Assembly (NCBI GenBank): GCA_047947115.1
Contig: CP170459.1
Location: 2,016,001-2,080,000, forward strand
Reading direction: 5' to 3'
Origin: Verrucomicrobiota bacterium
GTDB taxonomy: Bacteria > Verrucomicrobiota > Verrucomicrobiia > Limisphaerales > AAA164-E04
Length of the DNA stretch: 64,000 bases
The position numbers and the translations under genes are program-made. The notes under the pieces were generated by a model. That model saw nothing but the letters and a program-made list of their open reading frames with translations, was not told the DNA's origin and did not search any database. Of this stretch, positions 42,450 through 52,623 are shown in pieces. How positions within the stretch are numbered: position 1 is the first letter of the stretch; every line of letters starts with the position of its first letter.

Positions 42450-42683
42450 ATGAATAAGCACAGATCATTTAGAGCAACTGATATTTCGCTGAGAGACATA
42501 CCCGGGTTTCTTGTTGCGTACGTCATCATCTCCATCATTTCGATCCTTCTTGGAATTCTTGTGGAGCAAATGTCCGATTTTTGGCGGGGCACACTTGTGG
42601 GAGCAGGGGGGGCGATGGTGGTATCGTACTTTCTCATGCGTCCCAGGCAAAAAACAGACGATTCATCAGCCAAAGATCAATAA
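42450..42683 (+). CDS. Hypothetical small two-TM membrane protein
   Basis: 77-aa ORF filling the intergenic gap, with two hydrophobic segments and a charged tail. Confidence 0.45.
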   Translation: MNKHRSFRATDISLRDIPGFLVAYVIISIISILLGILVEQMSDFWRGTLVGAGGAMVVSYFLMRPRQKTDDSSAKDQ

Positions 42684-42719
42684 ATCTGCGGAAGATTTTC
42701 TTTCAGCCTGATGCTCGCC

Positions 42720-45275
42720 TTACTTCGTGTAGACCTCCAATTTATGTATCGACCAGAATTTTCCCTCGGCGAACCCGTGTTGACTGATGCGGACGTGGCG
42801 GGTTTTGATGCCTGGTAGCATCATGTCGAGCATGGGGTTGTCGCTCTCTCCACGAACAATGGGATCGCTCCAGGTTTTTCCGTCATCGGATATTTCCACA
42901 CTGTACTGACGGGGGTAGTCAAAGGCTGAAGGCTGACAGTCAAGGACGATGGAAGTGATCTCCTTGGCTTCACCCATGTCGAAGGCGAACCACATGCCCG
43001 GGCGCTGCGTGATGCCTGTATCCCACCGCGAACTTGGATTCCCATCGATGGCTTGACGGCTTTTCTGTTGATTGTGACTGGCGCTCAGCACCCAGGACTG
43101 CATCTGTTTTGATGGGATGGGCGTGATCTTCATGATCTCATCCGCTTGCCACATTGTTTTTTTGTCCAGAATGGTCGCCCGAACCGCAGCCACGTCTTCG
43201 GGACTTATGGACGGTGCCCGGTTGCCCCATTGGGTGCGAACGTAGGTGAGAACGGATGCGATCCATTTGTCGTCATAACTTTCCAAGGGCAGCATGGGAC
43301 CGGGGTAGGTCTTGCCATCCAGTTTGCCCATCATTCCTTTGAGAACAATTTTGATGGGGATATCCATTTTGCCAACCAATCGAGACGAGCCTGCCAATGG
43401 CGCGCCGAGTGTCATGTTTGGGATACCTTGAACCGGTGTGCCTCTTCCGTCCTCACCATGACAGGCCGTGCAGATGGCTTTGTAGTTCGTTTCCCCTTGA
43501 GCGAGTAATTCGCTGTAAGCACGCCGGCGTTTGGCATCTTCCTGCCGGGTTTTCATGTGCTGGATCACTGCGGTGACGTTTGGATTGGTGGCAAATTGCT
43601 CGCTGATTTGTTCGATGATGGGAGATCCTTCCGATGCGCCTGTATGAGCCAGTGAGAGGACGAGTTGAATGGCGATGTCCGGGTTTGTGTCTCTTGTCAG
43701 TTTGGATAAATGTTGGATCACTTCTTGATTCCCTGAACGGATGGCTGGTTCTAACATTCGGATCGCACCGGCACGAACACGGTCATCGGAATCATTCAGC
43801 TTCTCCAGGAGCAGGGGAACGTCACTCACTCCCAAACCATCCAGGGTCCATAAAGCATGCAATCTGCCTAAAGGAAGTTCCTCTTCTCGAGCCATTCTTT
43901 CCAGATCCGGCGCAACTGAAGCATCACCACGCACAACGATCAGTTTTTGTGCTTCATCGCGCCACCAACCGTTTGGATGCGATAGGTGTTGGGTTAATTG
44001 CTTTGTTGTTTCTTTGAGTAGATTTGGTTTGGGGCCGCGTTTCGTTGATTGATGCACGATGCGATATATCCTTCCCCGACCGATGTTCTTATCCAGTCCA
44101 TATTGTTCAACGACACCACGCAGGTAGGAACCAGGTCGGACCCAGGCGCCTTCCTGGATGATGCCGCGATACATGTCGCATATGTAGAGGCATCCGTCAG
44201 GGCCGGTGGCAGCGTGGACCGGACGAAAATTGGCATCTCTGGATCGAATGAATTCTGTTCCGGGCGTTGCATTTTTCAAAATGACTTTTCCGTTTTCGTG
44301 GACAACTTTGGCCCGTCGAACGAGGCGCCCCACTGGTTCAGGGATGATGTAGTCGCCATAAAAATCCGATGGCAGATGATTCCCGCGAAAGATATGTTGA
44401 CCGGCGCATCCAGTGAAGTTGTTCAGGGTCAGTTGATCCTTTCGATAACGTCCTTGTCCGCCCTGCACATCGGGAATTTGAACCAAAGGAAAAACTTCGT
44501 GGAAGCCGGGTTCCTTTTCTCCCGGCAGAGAAAAGCTGCCGTAGACCAAAGGTTGTTGAAATGCTTGAGCGGGATTTTCTCCCCCGGCAGTGCAGAAGAA
44601 GTTGCGACCGACATCGTCGTGCGTCACACCCCATTGTCCTGATCCATTGGGTAATTGCTCCGATACAATTCTGTCGCCCTCCCAACGATAGCGTCGGTTG
44701 GTGTAAGTGACATACATCCAGTTGTCGATGTTCCAGACCAGGCCGCTTGGTTGATGCTCAAGGTTTCCGCCGCGTGGGCCGCCTTCGTAGACGAGTTTCT
44801 TCTCATCCGCAACGCCATCGCCATTCGTATCGCGGTAGCTGTATAGATCGAAAGTGTCCGTTTCACGGATGATGACCCGATCCCCGAGTGGTTGAATCAT
44901 GCGGGGCATCACCAGCTTGTCGACGAACACAGAGCGTTTGTCCATCCTTCCATCGTCATCAGTATCCTCCAGTAGCACGACACGACAGACCGGGTCGTGT
45001 TCGTTCTTGCCGTCAATGTCCTGCATGTAGGTGTTCAGTTCCGCCACGTAAAGTTTTCCATCGCCATCCCAGGCCATGGCAGCCGGTTCTTCCACCATAG
45101 GCTCTGCGGCGACCAGTTCCACGGAGTAGCCTTCCTGGAGTTCCATCAGGGCCATGCTTTCTTCCGGGGAATAGACGCGCGCTTTTTGATCGTAGAGATT
45201 TTGGTCAAAGGCTGCTCCATGAGCCAGGAACGTGACCAATGCAAATAGTATGAGGTACAAGTTTCTTTGTGACAT
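42720..45275 (-). CDS. PVC-type beta-propeller dehydrogenase-like protein with HEAT repeats, c-type cytochrome and F5/8 (discoidin) domain
   Basis: VELVAAEPMVEEP..MAWD.DG.LYVAE, FRPV....GPDG.LYICDMYRG, LSHPNGWWRD.AQ, CTACH heme motif, AIDGNPSSRWDTG. Confidence 0.88.
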   Translation of the reverse strand: MSQRNLYLILFALVTFLAHGAAFDQNLYDQKARVYSPEESMALMELQEGYSVELVAAEPMVEEPAAMAWDGDGKLYVAELNTYMQDIDGKNEHDPVCRVVLLEDTDDDGRMDKRSVFVDKLVMPRMIQPLGDRVIIRETDTFDLYSYRDTNGDGVADEKKLVYEGGPRGGNLEHQPSGLVWNIDNWMYVTYTNRRYRWEGDRIVSEQLPNGSGQWGVTHDDVGRNFFCTAGGENPAQAFQQPLVYGSFSLPGEKEPGFHEVFPLVQIPDVQGGQGRYRKDQLTLNNFTGCAGQHIFRGNHLPSDFYGDYIIPEPVGRLVRRAKVVHENGKVILKNATPGTEFIRSRDANFRPVHAATGPDGCLYICDMYRGIIQEGAWVRPGSYLRGVVEQYGLDKNIGRGRIYRIVHQSTKRGPKPNLLKETTKQLTQHLSHPNGWWRDEAQKLIVVRGDASVAPDLERMAREEELPLGRLHALWTLDGLGVSDVPLLLEKLNDSDDRVRAGAIRMLEPAIRSGNQEVIQHLSKLTRDTNPDIAIQLVLSLAHTGASEGSPIIEQISEQFATNPNVTAVIQHMKTRQEDAKRRRAYSELLAQGETNYKAICTACHGEDGRGTPVQGIPNMTLGAPLAGSSRLVGKMDIPIKIVLKGMMGKLDGKTYPGPMLPLESYDDKWIASVLTYVRTQWGNRAPSISPEDVAAVRATILDKKTMWQADEIMKITPIPSKQMQSWVLSASHNQQKSRQAIDGNPSSRWDTGITQRPGMWFAFDMGEAKEITSIVLDCQPSAFDYPRQYSVEISDDGKTWSDPIVRGESDNPMLDMMLPGIKTRHVRISQHGFAEGKFWSIHKLEVYTK

Positions 45276-45403
45276 AATTTCTCGGTTAAAGTTCTGCCGG
45301 GGAAAGTGACAAATCTCAGGTTGGGTTGCAAGCGCGTGGTTGAAATGATTGTGTGGCTTGTCAAGTGGGGCTTGCCCTCTTCACCCATCCAGCCTTGTGT
45401 CGC

Positions 45404-46195
45404 TTATTCTCTCCCGTTTTCCCAACAAAGACAGGTTCGTTTGGTGAGTGATTGAAAGCCCAAACGCTTTAATATAGGGAAGCTCTCGGAGCCGGCATCC
45501 ACGGCGCACCAATCGTTCCCTGTGGCTGCGGCGGCTGTGGCGCGTTCGGCGACCATGGCTCGATAAATGCCTTGCCCGCGCCATTCAGGCAAAACCGTCC
45601 CACCAAACAACGAAGCAAAAGGGCTGCCCCGCCAGTGGATTGCCCAGGAAGTGCCCACAGGTTGATCATGGTTATATGCGACCAGCACCGTGCTGTCTTC
45701 AGGGTGATCTTTGACCAGATGGGTCAACCAACGCGTGACGAAATCATGGTATTGTGTTCCCCATACCAAATCGGACACATGAAGCGAATCGGGTATGTCG
45801 CGCGGCTGATCCAGCTTTCGAATCAGTACGTTGTGAGGAGATTGAACCGGTTTAATCTCTGATGATTTGCAGATGACCAATGTCTCCTCAGAGTCGATGA
45901 CAAATCCATGGTTTGTCAAACGATCGACCAGGTCCTTTGGTTGATCATGGTTGTAAACATACCACTCGCAGCTGTGGCCAAGTTTTTGGAAGTAATCCTG
46001 GTGAATTTTAATTTCCCGATCAGCGTTGTTTTCGTCGAGATCGCTCCACACAATAAAGTTTTCGGAAGGGAATGCGCTCGGTCCCGTTACACGGGTGACC
46101 CGGTCCAGGCGCTCCACTTGGTGACCCACACATCGGCAGTCACGCCGCACATGTTGGTCGAACAGCTCGAGCAGTGATTCATGATCCAGGGACAT
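45404..46195 (-). CDS. GNAT family N-acetyltransferase
   Basis: GGTVLPEWRGQGIYRAMV (motif A), S.PILKRLGF; start placed at MSLDH. Confidence 0.88.
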   Translation of the reverse strand: MSLDHESLLELFDQHVRRDCRCVGHQVERLDRVTRVTGPSAFPSENFIVWSDLDENNADREIKIHQDYFQKLGHSCEWYVYNHDQPKDLVDRLTNHGFVIDSEETLVICKSSEIKPVQSPHNVLIRKLDQPRDIPDSLHVSDLVWGTQYHDFVTRWLTHLVKDHPEDSTVLVAYNHDQPVGTSWAIHWRGSPFASLFGGTVLPEWRGQGIYRAMVAERATAAAATGNDWCAVDAGSESFPILKRLGFQSLTKRTCLCWENGRE

Positions 46196-46276
46196 GGTTC
46201 GACATCCTACCCAGAGATTCCTCCAATCCAAACGCTCTTTGGAGGGCGGCATTTGCCCCAATCAACAAGTGAGACG

Positions 46277-47944
46277 CTACTTTTGAATGAGATCAATGGC
46301 GGCCTTGGCCAGTGCGTCGCCGATGAGGAAATAACTTTCCGCGTTGCCATACCAGTGGTGGCCGTGGGTGATATTGGGTGATCGTTCCTTTGGACGGGCA
46401 AAGGCAGTGGTTTCTACGAAAGCGGCGTATTCCATGCGTGCCGTTCCTTCGCGTTGGGCTTTGCGGAATTCAGCCATGTTGCTTTCCTTTATGGCGGGGC
46501 CACCGTTTCCAAGTTCGCCGACTATGAAGGGCAGTTGATGGGCGTTGAATTCCTTTCGCACATCTTTTGCGAGATTCACGAGATTGTTCGCATATTCAGG
46601 AATGGCAGGTTTTGTCACCATGTCATTCCATCCCTGCATCCAGACGAAGCCCGCCAGTTCGTAAGGAACTTGCCCAAGGCCATCAAGGGCTGCGTGGATC
46701 TCTTCGATCATCTGCGTATAATAAGGGCCAACCTGGCCGCCTGAGCTCGGTGGTCGAAAATCAACGTGGAGACTTTTGCCTCCCCATGCCGTTTTAATCA
46801 GAAATACCGGTTCCTCGAAATAGTCGCCAACCACGTGTCCAAATTGAAGTTCCGGGCCGATATGGCTGCTGCCACCGTAGCCTGTGTAGCCAACTGTCAG
46901 GTTACCTTTCCGATGTTCGTCTTTGGATTTGTATGATATCTGGACATCCTTTCGCTCAACCCAGTTTCCATGTTCATCTTTAAGGTGTTTCATTTTAAGG
47001 GCACTTTCGGAATGTTTCATTGACCATTCCAGATTGCCTTTACCTTCATTGTAATACTGAGGGTGATCCATGGACACCACGCCTTGACCTTGCATGTTTG
47101 ATTGGCCTGCGAGGATAAAGACTTTGGTGGGAACGTGTTCTGTTGGTTTTTCGGGTGGCGTCACTGAAGTCGAAGCTTTCCCGGATGCGAAAGGTTTCGA
47201 TTCCTTGGGCGCGGTTTGAGGTCGAAGGCGCAAAGTGACCTGAGTGCCGATCCCGGGGAGTTTGCTGCCAGCAAGGCTCCAGTTCAAAGCAGCGTTGTCG
47301 TGGCTGCGGATATCGGGAAGACAAAGAACTTCATCGCCGAACGTTGTGATCGACATGACGTTTCCGCTTCGGTCGGCAAGGTATTGTGGAGCCCCTCCTT
47401 CCTTGTCAGGAATCAACTCAGAACCCGCAAAAAGGAATGTGTGGGTTGGAAATGTCTCCCCATCCTCATTCACCATGAATTCCCTGATGGGTTTCTCAAA
47501 CGACTTGCCGGACTTCTCATCTTTGGAGACAAGGAACACATCCACTTTACCTCCTGACGGAGGTACGGGAACCCACATGGTTCCCGAATTTCCGATGGAT
47601 TTGCTATGAGCTGGGCGCCCTGCTTCAGCGCCCAATAGAAGCAATGCCGCATGGATGTCCCTGGCGGTGGCTTCGACGGCAACAATGGACTCATGTTCCT
47701 TGGTGCCTTTGGTGCAGGCAACCAACTCGAGCATCCCTTCCTCAAGGCAGATGCGTGCATCAATGTCCACATACCATTCGGTGGTATTGATACTCAAGCC
47801 TTGCAGATTGAGGGCTTTGTTCGGGGCTTCCTCTCGAGGTTTTAGAGTTTCCTTACCCCCAACTGCCCCGTCAGCATTGATGGGTGAGCATCCCCAAACA
47901 ATCGCCGCCAGGAACCATAACGCTAAGTGACAATAAGATCTCAT
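46277..47944 (-). CDS. Lipoprotein: YdjY-like domain fused to sialate O-acetylesterase (SASA/SGNH) domain
   Basis: Lipobox VWG-C; LELVAC..GTKEHES...HAALLLLG; Pro/Ser/Lys linker; VFILAGQSNMQG, GPEL.FG, IKTAWGG, WMQGWND, HHW.GNA. Confidence 0.8.
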   Translation of the reverse strand: MRSYCHLALWFLAAIVWGCSPINADGAVGGKETLKPREEAPNKALNLQGLSINTTEWYVDIDARICLEEGMLELVACTKGTKEHESIVAVEATARDIHAALLLLGAEAGRPAHSKSIGNSGTMWVPVPPSGGKVDVFLVSKDEKSGKSFEKPIREFMVNEDGETFPTHTFLFAGSELIPDKEGGAPQYLADRSGNVMSITTFGDEVLCLPDIRSHDNAALNWSLAGSKLPGIGTQVTLRLRPQTAPKESKPFASGKASTSVTPPEKPTEHVPTKVFILAGQSNMQGQGVVSMDHPQYYNEGKGNLEWSMKHSESALKMKHLKDEHGNWVERKDVQISYKSKDEHRKGNLTVGYTGYGGSSHIGPELQFGHVVGDYFEEPVFLIKTAWGGKSLHVDFRPPSSGGQVGPYYTQMIEEIHAALDGLGQVPYELAGFVWMQGWNDMVTKPAIPEYANNLVNLAKDVRKEFNAHQLPFIVGELGNGGPAIKESNMAEFRKAQREGTARMEYAAFVETTAFARPKERSPNITHGHHWYGNAESYFLIGDALAKAAIDLIQK

Positions 47945-48095
47945 GATCAATTGGTTTTCATGCCATTATTATTTTTTGCGAGGCATTCCTCAAACACGAA
48001 AAGATCGCCATGATTCGAAGCTTAAAACACATGTGCGGCAGTATCAAATGCAATTCCCATGGCTGTCAGAAATCCGGTATCTCTTCATGATAGAA

Positions 48096-48189
48096 GGCTA
48101 TGCCGGTTACAACGGCGAAGTCCGGGCCCGGGCTGATCACATCCAGTAAATGAAGGCCGGCGAAAATGTAAACACCAGTAATGGACTCT
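48096..48189 (-). pseudogene. Short remnant of a LysE/RhtB translocator N-terminus
   Basis: Manual translation VYIFAGLHLLDVISPGPDFAVVTGIA contains the family's SPGPD motif; the rest of the gene is absent. Confidence 0.55.
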
Positions 48190-48272
48190 CACTCGCCGTT
48201 GCACAAGTTCCATCCAGTCCTAAAGAGTCTGGATGTGGGGTCAATCAATATTCCGACTATTTTAACCAGTTG

Positions 48273-49880
48273 TTAAGCAGTGATGGCAGCACGTTCGTTT
48301 CCTTCTGAATTCGTTTTTTCCAGGAAGTAATCGTAGTCGCCCGCATATGAAGTGACAGTGCCCTTGTTGACATGTAATACTTTGGTGGCGAGCTTGCGGA
48401 TGAAGTGGACATCATGGGAGATGAACACCAATGATCCTTCATATCGCTCAAGCGCAATAATGAGTGACTCAACGGTCAGGATGTCAAGGTGGGTGGTCGG
48501 TTCGTCCATGAGCAGGAGATTCGGGGGATCTACCAAAAACTTCACGAGGTTGAGCCGGCTTTTTTCACCTCCGCTCAGCACGGTCGTTTTCTTATAAATC
48601 TCTTCCTTGCGAAACATGAATGAACCCAGGATGCCGCGTGCTTCATCCTCGCGAATTTCCGGGGCAGCCTTCATGACTTCGTCGATTACCGTGTTATTCG
48701 GATCCAATGATGCGGCGCGGTGCTGGCTGAAGTAGCCGAGTCGACAGTTGTGTCCTTCGGTTCGTTTGCCTTTTTGGAATTTCAATTCTCCTGCTAGAAT
48801 TTTGAGAAGGGTTGATTTTCCCGCCCCATTCGGGCCGACGAGCACCGTGCGATCGCCCCGCTGGACATCCAGGTCGAGCCCTTCATAAACCTTGTTGTCT
48901 CCGTAAGCCATGTGAATGCCTTCCAGTGAAATGGATCGTTGACCGCCACGCACCGGGGAAGGGAATCTGAAGGGGTAAGGTTTGCGGGGGGGGACGGGCT
49001 TTTTGAGCATCACCATTTTGTCCAGCATCTTGAGTCGGCTCTGTGCCTGCGCGGCCTTGGAGCTTACATTGCGGAATTTGCTGACGAAATCCTTGATCTC
49101 CGCAATTTCCTTTTGCTGGTTTTTGTAGGCTGCAGAATCCCGAACAAACGCTTCCTGCTTCTGAACTTCGTATTCCGAATAGTTGCCTTTCCAGGCGAGA
49201 AGTTTCTTGTCCGAGAACTCGAACACTTTTTGCACGATGTCATCCATGAACTGGCGATCATGGGAGATCAACAGTACGGCACATTGCTGATTCTTCAGGT
49301 GATTTTGAAACCAAAGCAAGGCACTCAGATCAAGATGATTGGTCGGTTCGTCCAGCATGAGCAAATCGGGTTCCATGGCCAGCAAACGGGCAAGATGCGC
49401 ACGCATGACCCATCCGCCGCTCAATTCAGCAGCCGGACGCGTAAAATGGTCTTCTGAAAAACCCAGTCCATGCAACATTTTCTTGGCCTTGGCTTCGAAC
49501 TGTGGATCGTTCAGAGCGTCAAATTTTGCCTGTGTCTCATAGTATTCGATGCATTCACAGGTGCCGGCTTCCTCCAGTTTGCGAAGCTTTTCTTCCAACT
49601 CCGGGATGGCACCAGCCCGGCCGGTGGCTACTTCCAACACAGTCTCATTGCCGAGTGCTTCTCCTTCCTGCGGGAGGTAGCCGACGGTCGTCCATTCGTC
49701 CCGGTTGATTTCGCCTGAATCGGCCGTGTCCTCACCCAGGATGAGAGAGAAAAGGGTGGTCTTGCCGGAGCCGTTGGGGCCGACCAAGGCCACTCGATCG
49801 CCGTAGTTTATGGTCATGGATACGTCCTCGAACAAGGGCGTCCCTGAAAATGCTTTTGCTAGGTTACGAATTGTTAACAT
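48273..49880 (-). CDS. ABC-F family ATPase
   Basis: Two ABC domains (GPNGSGKTT, LSGGW, LDEPTNHLD; GPNGAGKST, LSGGE, MDEPTTHLD) with an inter-ABC linker and no TM segments. Confidence 0.95.
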   Translation of the reverse strand: MLTIRNLAKAFSGTPLFEDVSMTINYGDRVALVGPNGSGKTTLFSLILGEDTADSGEINRDEWTTVGYLPQEGEALGNETVLEVATGRAGAIPELEEKLRKLEEAGTCECIEYYETQAKFDALNDPQFEAKAKKMLHGLGFSEDHFTRPAAELSGGWVMRAHLARLLAMEPDLLMLDEPTNHLDLSALLWFQNHLKNQQCAVLLISHDRQFMDDIVQKVFEFSDKKLLAWKGNYSEYEVQKQEAFVRDSAAYKNQQKEIAEIKDFVSKFRNVSSKAAQAQSRLKMLDKMVMLKKPVPPRKPYPFRFPSPVRGGQRSISLEGIHMAYGDNKVYEGLDLDVQRGDRTVLVGPNGAGKSTLLKILAGELKFQKGKRTEGHNCRLGYFSQHRAASLDPNNTVIDEVMKAAPEIREDEARGILGSFMFRKEEIYKKTTVLSGGEKSRLNLVKFLVDPPNLLLMDEPTTHLDILTVESLIIALERYEGSLVFISHDVHFIRKLATKVLHVNKGTVTSYAGDYDYFLEKTNSEGNERAAITA

Positions 49881-50252
49881 GGATCAAAATGACAACTTAC
49901 GCAGGCACAGACGCTGCGGCCTTTCTTAAGGAAAGGGAAGTCGAGACAAAAGGGATTATTCAATCGGGTCAATAAAAAAGGGTTGAGGCTGGCCTTCAAT
50001 TTTCTTGGTCAGGAACGCCGCAAGGGGAGTCAATATTTGTTAAAGACGATCCTTATCCCCCGGAAAAACGCCTGAGCATGGGATTTTTCCGTATTTCCTG
50101 ATGTGACTGTCGTCGTTCATGTGGCGCAGTCCATGAACTCGAGCTTTTGAGACAGTGAGAGACGGTCGGCAGGATTCTTGGGGAACCGTGTTGCGTCAGG
50201 TTGTGTGATTTCCTTGGTCACGGCTGGTGTTTCAAGTCGGGATCATGTCCGC

Positions 50253-51296
50253 TTACTCGGGGCCTGATGCCTCCCGCACGACTCTAAATCCGGTGTAGAT
50301 CGAAGCATCACCGGACTCGGCATAGGTGCGTATCGTTGAACGCACGGCCGCCGGCGCACAGGTCCATGCGCCTCCTCGCAAGACACGCCAATCACCAAAC
50401 GCGTGTTGATCCGTTTTATCTTCAAACAAGGGATCAGTTAGGAGGACTTGATCCCTCTCCTGTCTTGGAATTCCATCATAAATGCGTTCGTATACATCCT
50501 CTGACCACCGATCCTGACACCACTCCCAAACATTTCCATGCATATCATGAATACCCCAGGCATTGGGTTTGAATTTTCCCGCCAGAGCTGTGAAAACATA
50601 TCCATCTCCGTCTCCTTTCTCAAGTTGCACGGCACGCTGATATCGGGTTGTGTTGGGGAATGCTTCTTCCAGTGAGGCGTCGGCCACATTGGCATGTGAA
50701 TATGCCTCCTTTGGATCGCTCCCCCATGCGTACCAGGTTTTGGTTCCCGCTCGACAGGCCAATTCCCATTCGGCTTCGGTTGGGAGTCGGTAAACCATGC
50801 GTTCCTTTTCAGAAAGCCAGGCGCAAAAAGCGGTCGAGTCCTTCCAAGTCACACAAACAACCGGATGCCGATCGGTTTGTTCAAATCCGGGGGTTCTCCA
50901 GGTTATCATCGGATCCTGATGAAACCGATCCACGTAATCCTTTTCCTCCGGGAAGAATCCCAATGCTCCGTCACCTGTTTCCGCTTCGGTGACGTAACCG
51001 GTGGCCTCCACAAACTGCCGGAACTGACCCACCGTTACCTCTGTTTGCCCGATGTCAAATGCCTTGGAAATGTTCACCCGATGAGAAGGCTTTTCATAGC
51101 GCAGGTCCTGAGCGTTGCTGAAGGGATGCTGACGATCAAATAGTCGTTCACGCTGTTGATCCGTGTCAAACCCTCGTATGTATTCCATCGGCTGGATGCG
51201 GACAAAGGTCATTCCGATGGAATCCTTTGCTGATGCTGCCTTGAGTCCCAGTAATAATCAGATCCCGCAACAAACGAACAGTCGTTTCGTATTCAT
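50253..51296 (-). pseudogene. FGE/SUMF1-like (FGE-sulfatase domain) protein with an in-frame TGA in its signal peptide; downstream ORF 50253-51212 intact
   Basis: ATG at 51296 overlaps the upstream stop and reads MNTKRLFVCCGI*LLLGLKAASAKDSIGMTF; TEVT..QF, RLPTEAEWE.ACRAG, DMHGNVWEWC.D, RVLRGG.W, GFRVV. Confidence 0.8.
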
Positions 51297-52612
51297 GCCA
51301 GCAATTCACTGATCACACCCCGGCTGTCCAGGAAAGGTTCTTTCAGCTCGATCCCCATTTGCTGCACCATGGTCTGCCACAGAGATGAAAGCGGTGTGTT
51401 TTCCTTCAATTGCAGATGTGTATGATGTTTGATGCCGAGTCCACTGCCACCGGAAAGCATGGTGGGCAGAGTGTCTTTGCTGTGTCCGATCCCCATCCCA
51501 CTGGAGAAACCGAGCATGGTATGATCCAGCAGTGTTCCCTCTCCATCCCGTATCGATGTCAGGCGGTTCATGAAATAGTACCAATGGCTCATGTAGATGG
51601 TGTCTACTTTGGCCAGTTCTTCCAGGTTCTTGGGGTCATTACCGTGATGGGTTAATTCGTGGTAACCTTTGGAAACTCCAAACTCCGGATAAACCCCACC
51701 GGCCAGTTCGGTTCGAACCACATAACTGATCACACGTGTGGAATCGGTCTGAAATGCCAGAGCAATCAAGTCGTACATCAACTTGGCAAAGATATCGTAA
51801 ACGAAGCGACCGTTTCCTTCTGGAGCGATGGCTTTTTCATAATCGCCAAATCCCTTGAGAGAAGGGTTCGGTTTGGGCCGGTCAGCCCAGTCCAGTTCGC
51901 GTTCCAATCCACGTTCCACTTCACGAGCGGAATGAAAGTATTGATCCAATTGCTCCTGATCCGTTCGTCCCAGTTGGCGTTGAAGATCCTTCGCATCCTC
52001 CATCACCGCATCCAGCACACTCCCTCTCTGACGAAACTCCTGCTGTTGTGCCGTACGATCCTGTTCGTTGGTTGCCCGGAACAAACGGTCGAACAATTGT
52101 TTTGGGTCGTTTTCAGCTGGCAGGGGCACACCTTGACGATTCCAGGAAATCGTTGCCAGCACCTGGCTGCCGAATCCCGTTCCACGCTTGACGGACAACT
52201 GCAGGGATGGAAACCGTGCATGCTTTCCTTGTTGTTCCGCAACCCGTTGATCCGGGGAGAGGATCTGCTTTGCCCCGCGCTCAACGCCTGTCGCAAAGGG
52301 GTAGGCGCCATCGTGTCCGCCGCCATGTTCGAGCCAGGTGCCGGATAGGACCGTAAATGCGTCTCGATGGGATTCGAGAGGGTGCAGAATGCGCGAGAGT
52401 TTGGCTTCGTGCCCAAAACCTTCCGGGTAAAACTGGCGCATGTTCATACCGGTTCCGAAGTAGAACATCCCCATACGTGGAATGGTTTTCATTGGGCTGA
52501 CGGCTCCCAGCCGCAGGGGCATCATGGCTTCCAACAAGGGGAGAGCCATGCAAGTTCCGGCACCGCGCAGAAAACGGCGGCGATCCATTGGTTTGCGTAA
52601 TGAAAGATGCAT
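51293..52612 (-). CDS. DUF1552 family protein
   Basis: DRRRFLRGAG..MALPLLEAM, S.DQ..A......RFPSLQL, P..LFDRLF, SVLDAV, LAFQTDSTRV, H.L.HH, LLD...GFSSGMG..H...LP. Confidence 0.9.
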   Translation of the reverse strand: MHLSLRKPMDRRRFLRGAGTCMALPLLEAMMPLRLGAVSPMKTIPRMGMFYFGTGMNMRQFYPEGFGHEAKLSRILHPLESHRDAFTVLSGTWLEHGGGHDGAYPFATGVERGAKQILSPDQRVAEQQGKHARFPSLQLSVKRGTGFGSQVLATISWNRQGVPLPAENDPKQLFDRLFRATNEQDRTAQQQEFRQRGSVLDAVMEDAKDLQRQLGRTDQEQLDQYFHSAREVERGLERELDWADRPKPNPSLKGFGDYEKAIAPEGNGRFVYDIFAKLMYDLIALAFQTDSTRVISYVVRTELAGGVYPEFGVSKGYHELTHHGNDPKNLEELAKVDTIYMSHWYYFMNRLTSIRDGEGTLLDHTMLGFSSGMGIGHSKDTLPTMLSGGSGLGIKHHTHLQLKENTPLSSLWQTMVQQMGIELKEPFLDSRGVISELLA

Positions 52613-52623
52613 GGGTTTGATGG

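Noticed and set aside
49881..49990. Attenuator or leader peptide upstream of ABC-F
   Set aside because: Only small hairpins; no convincing uORF or terminator/antiterminator pair.
50253..51212. True formylglycine-generating enzyme for the three sulfatases
   Set aside because: Lacks the two-Cys active-site motif and is operonic with DUF1552/DUF1592, not the sulfatases.
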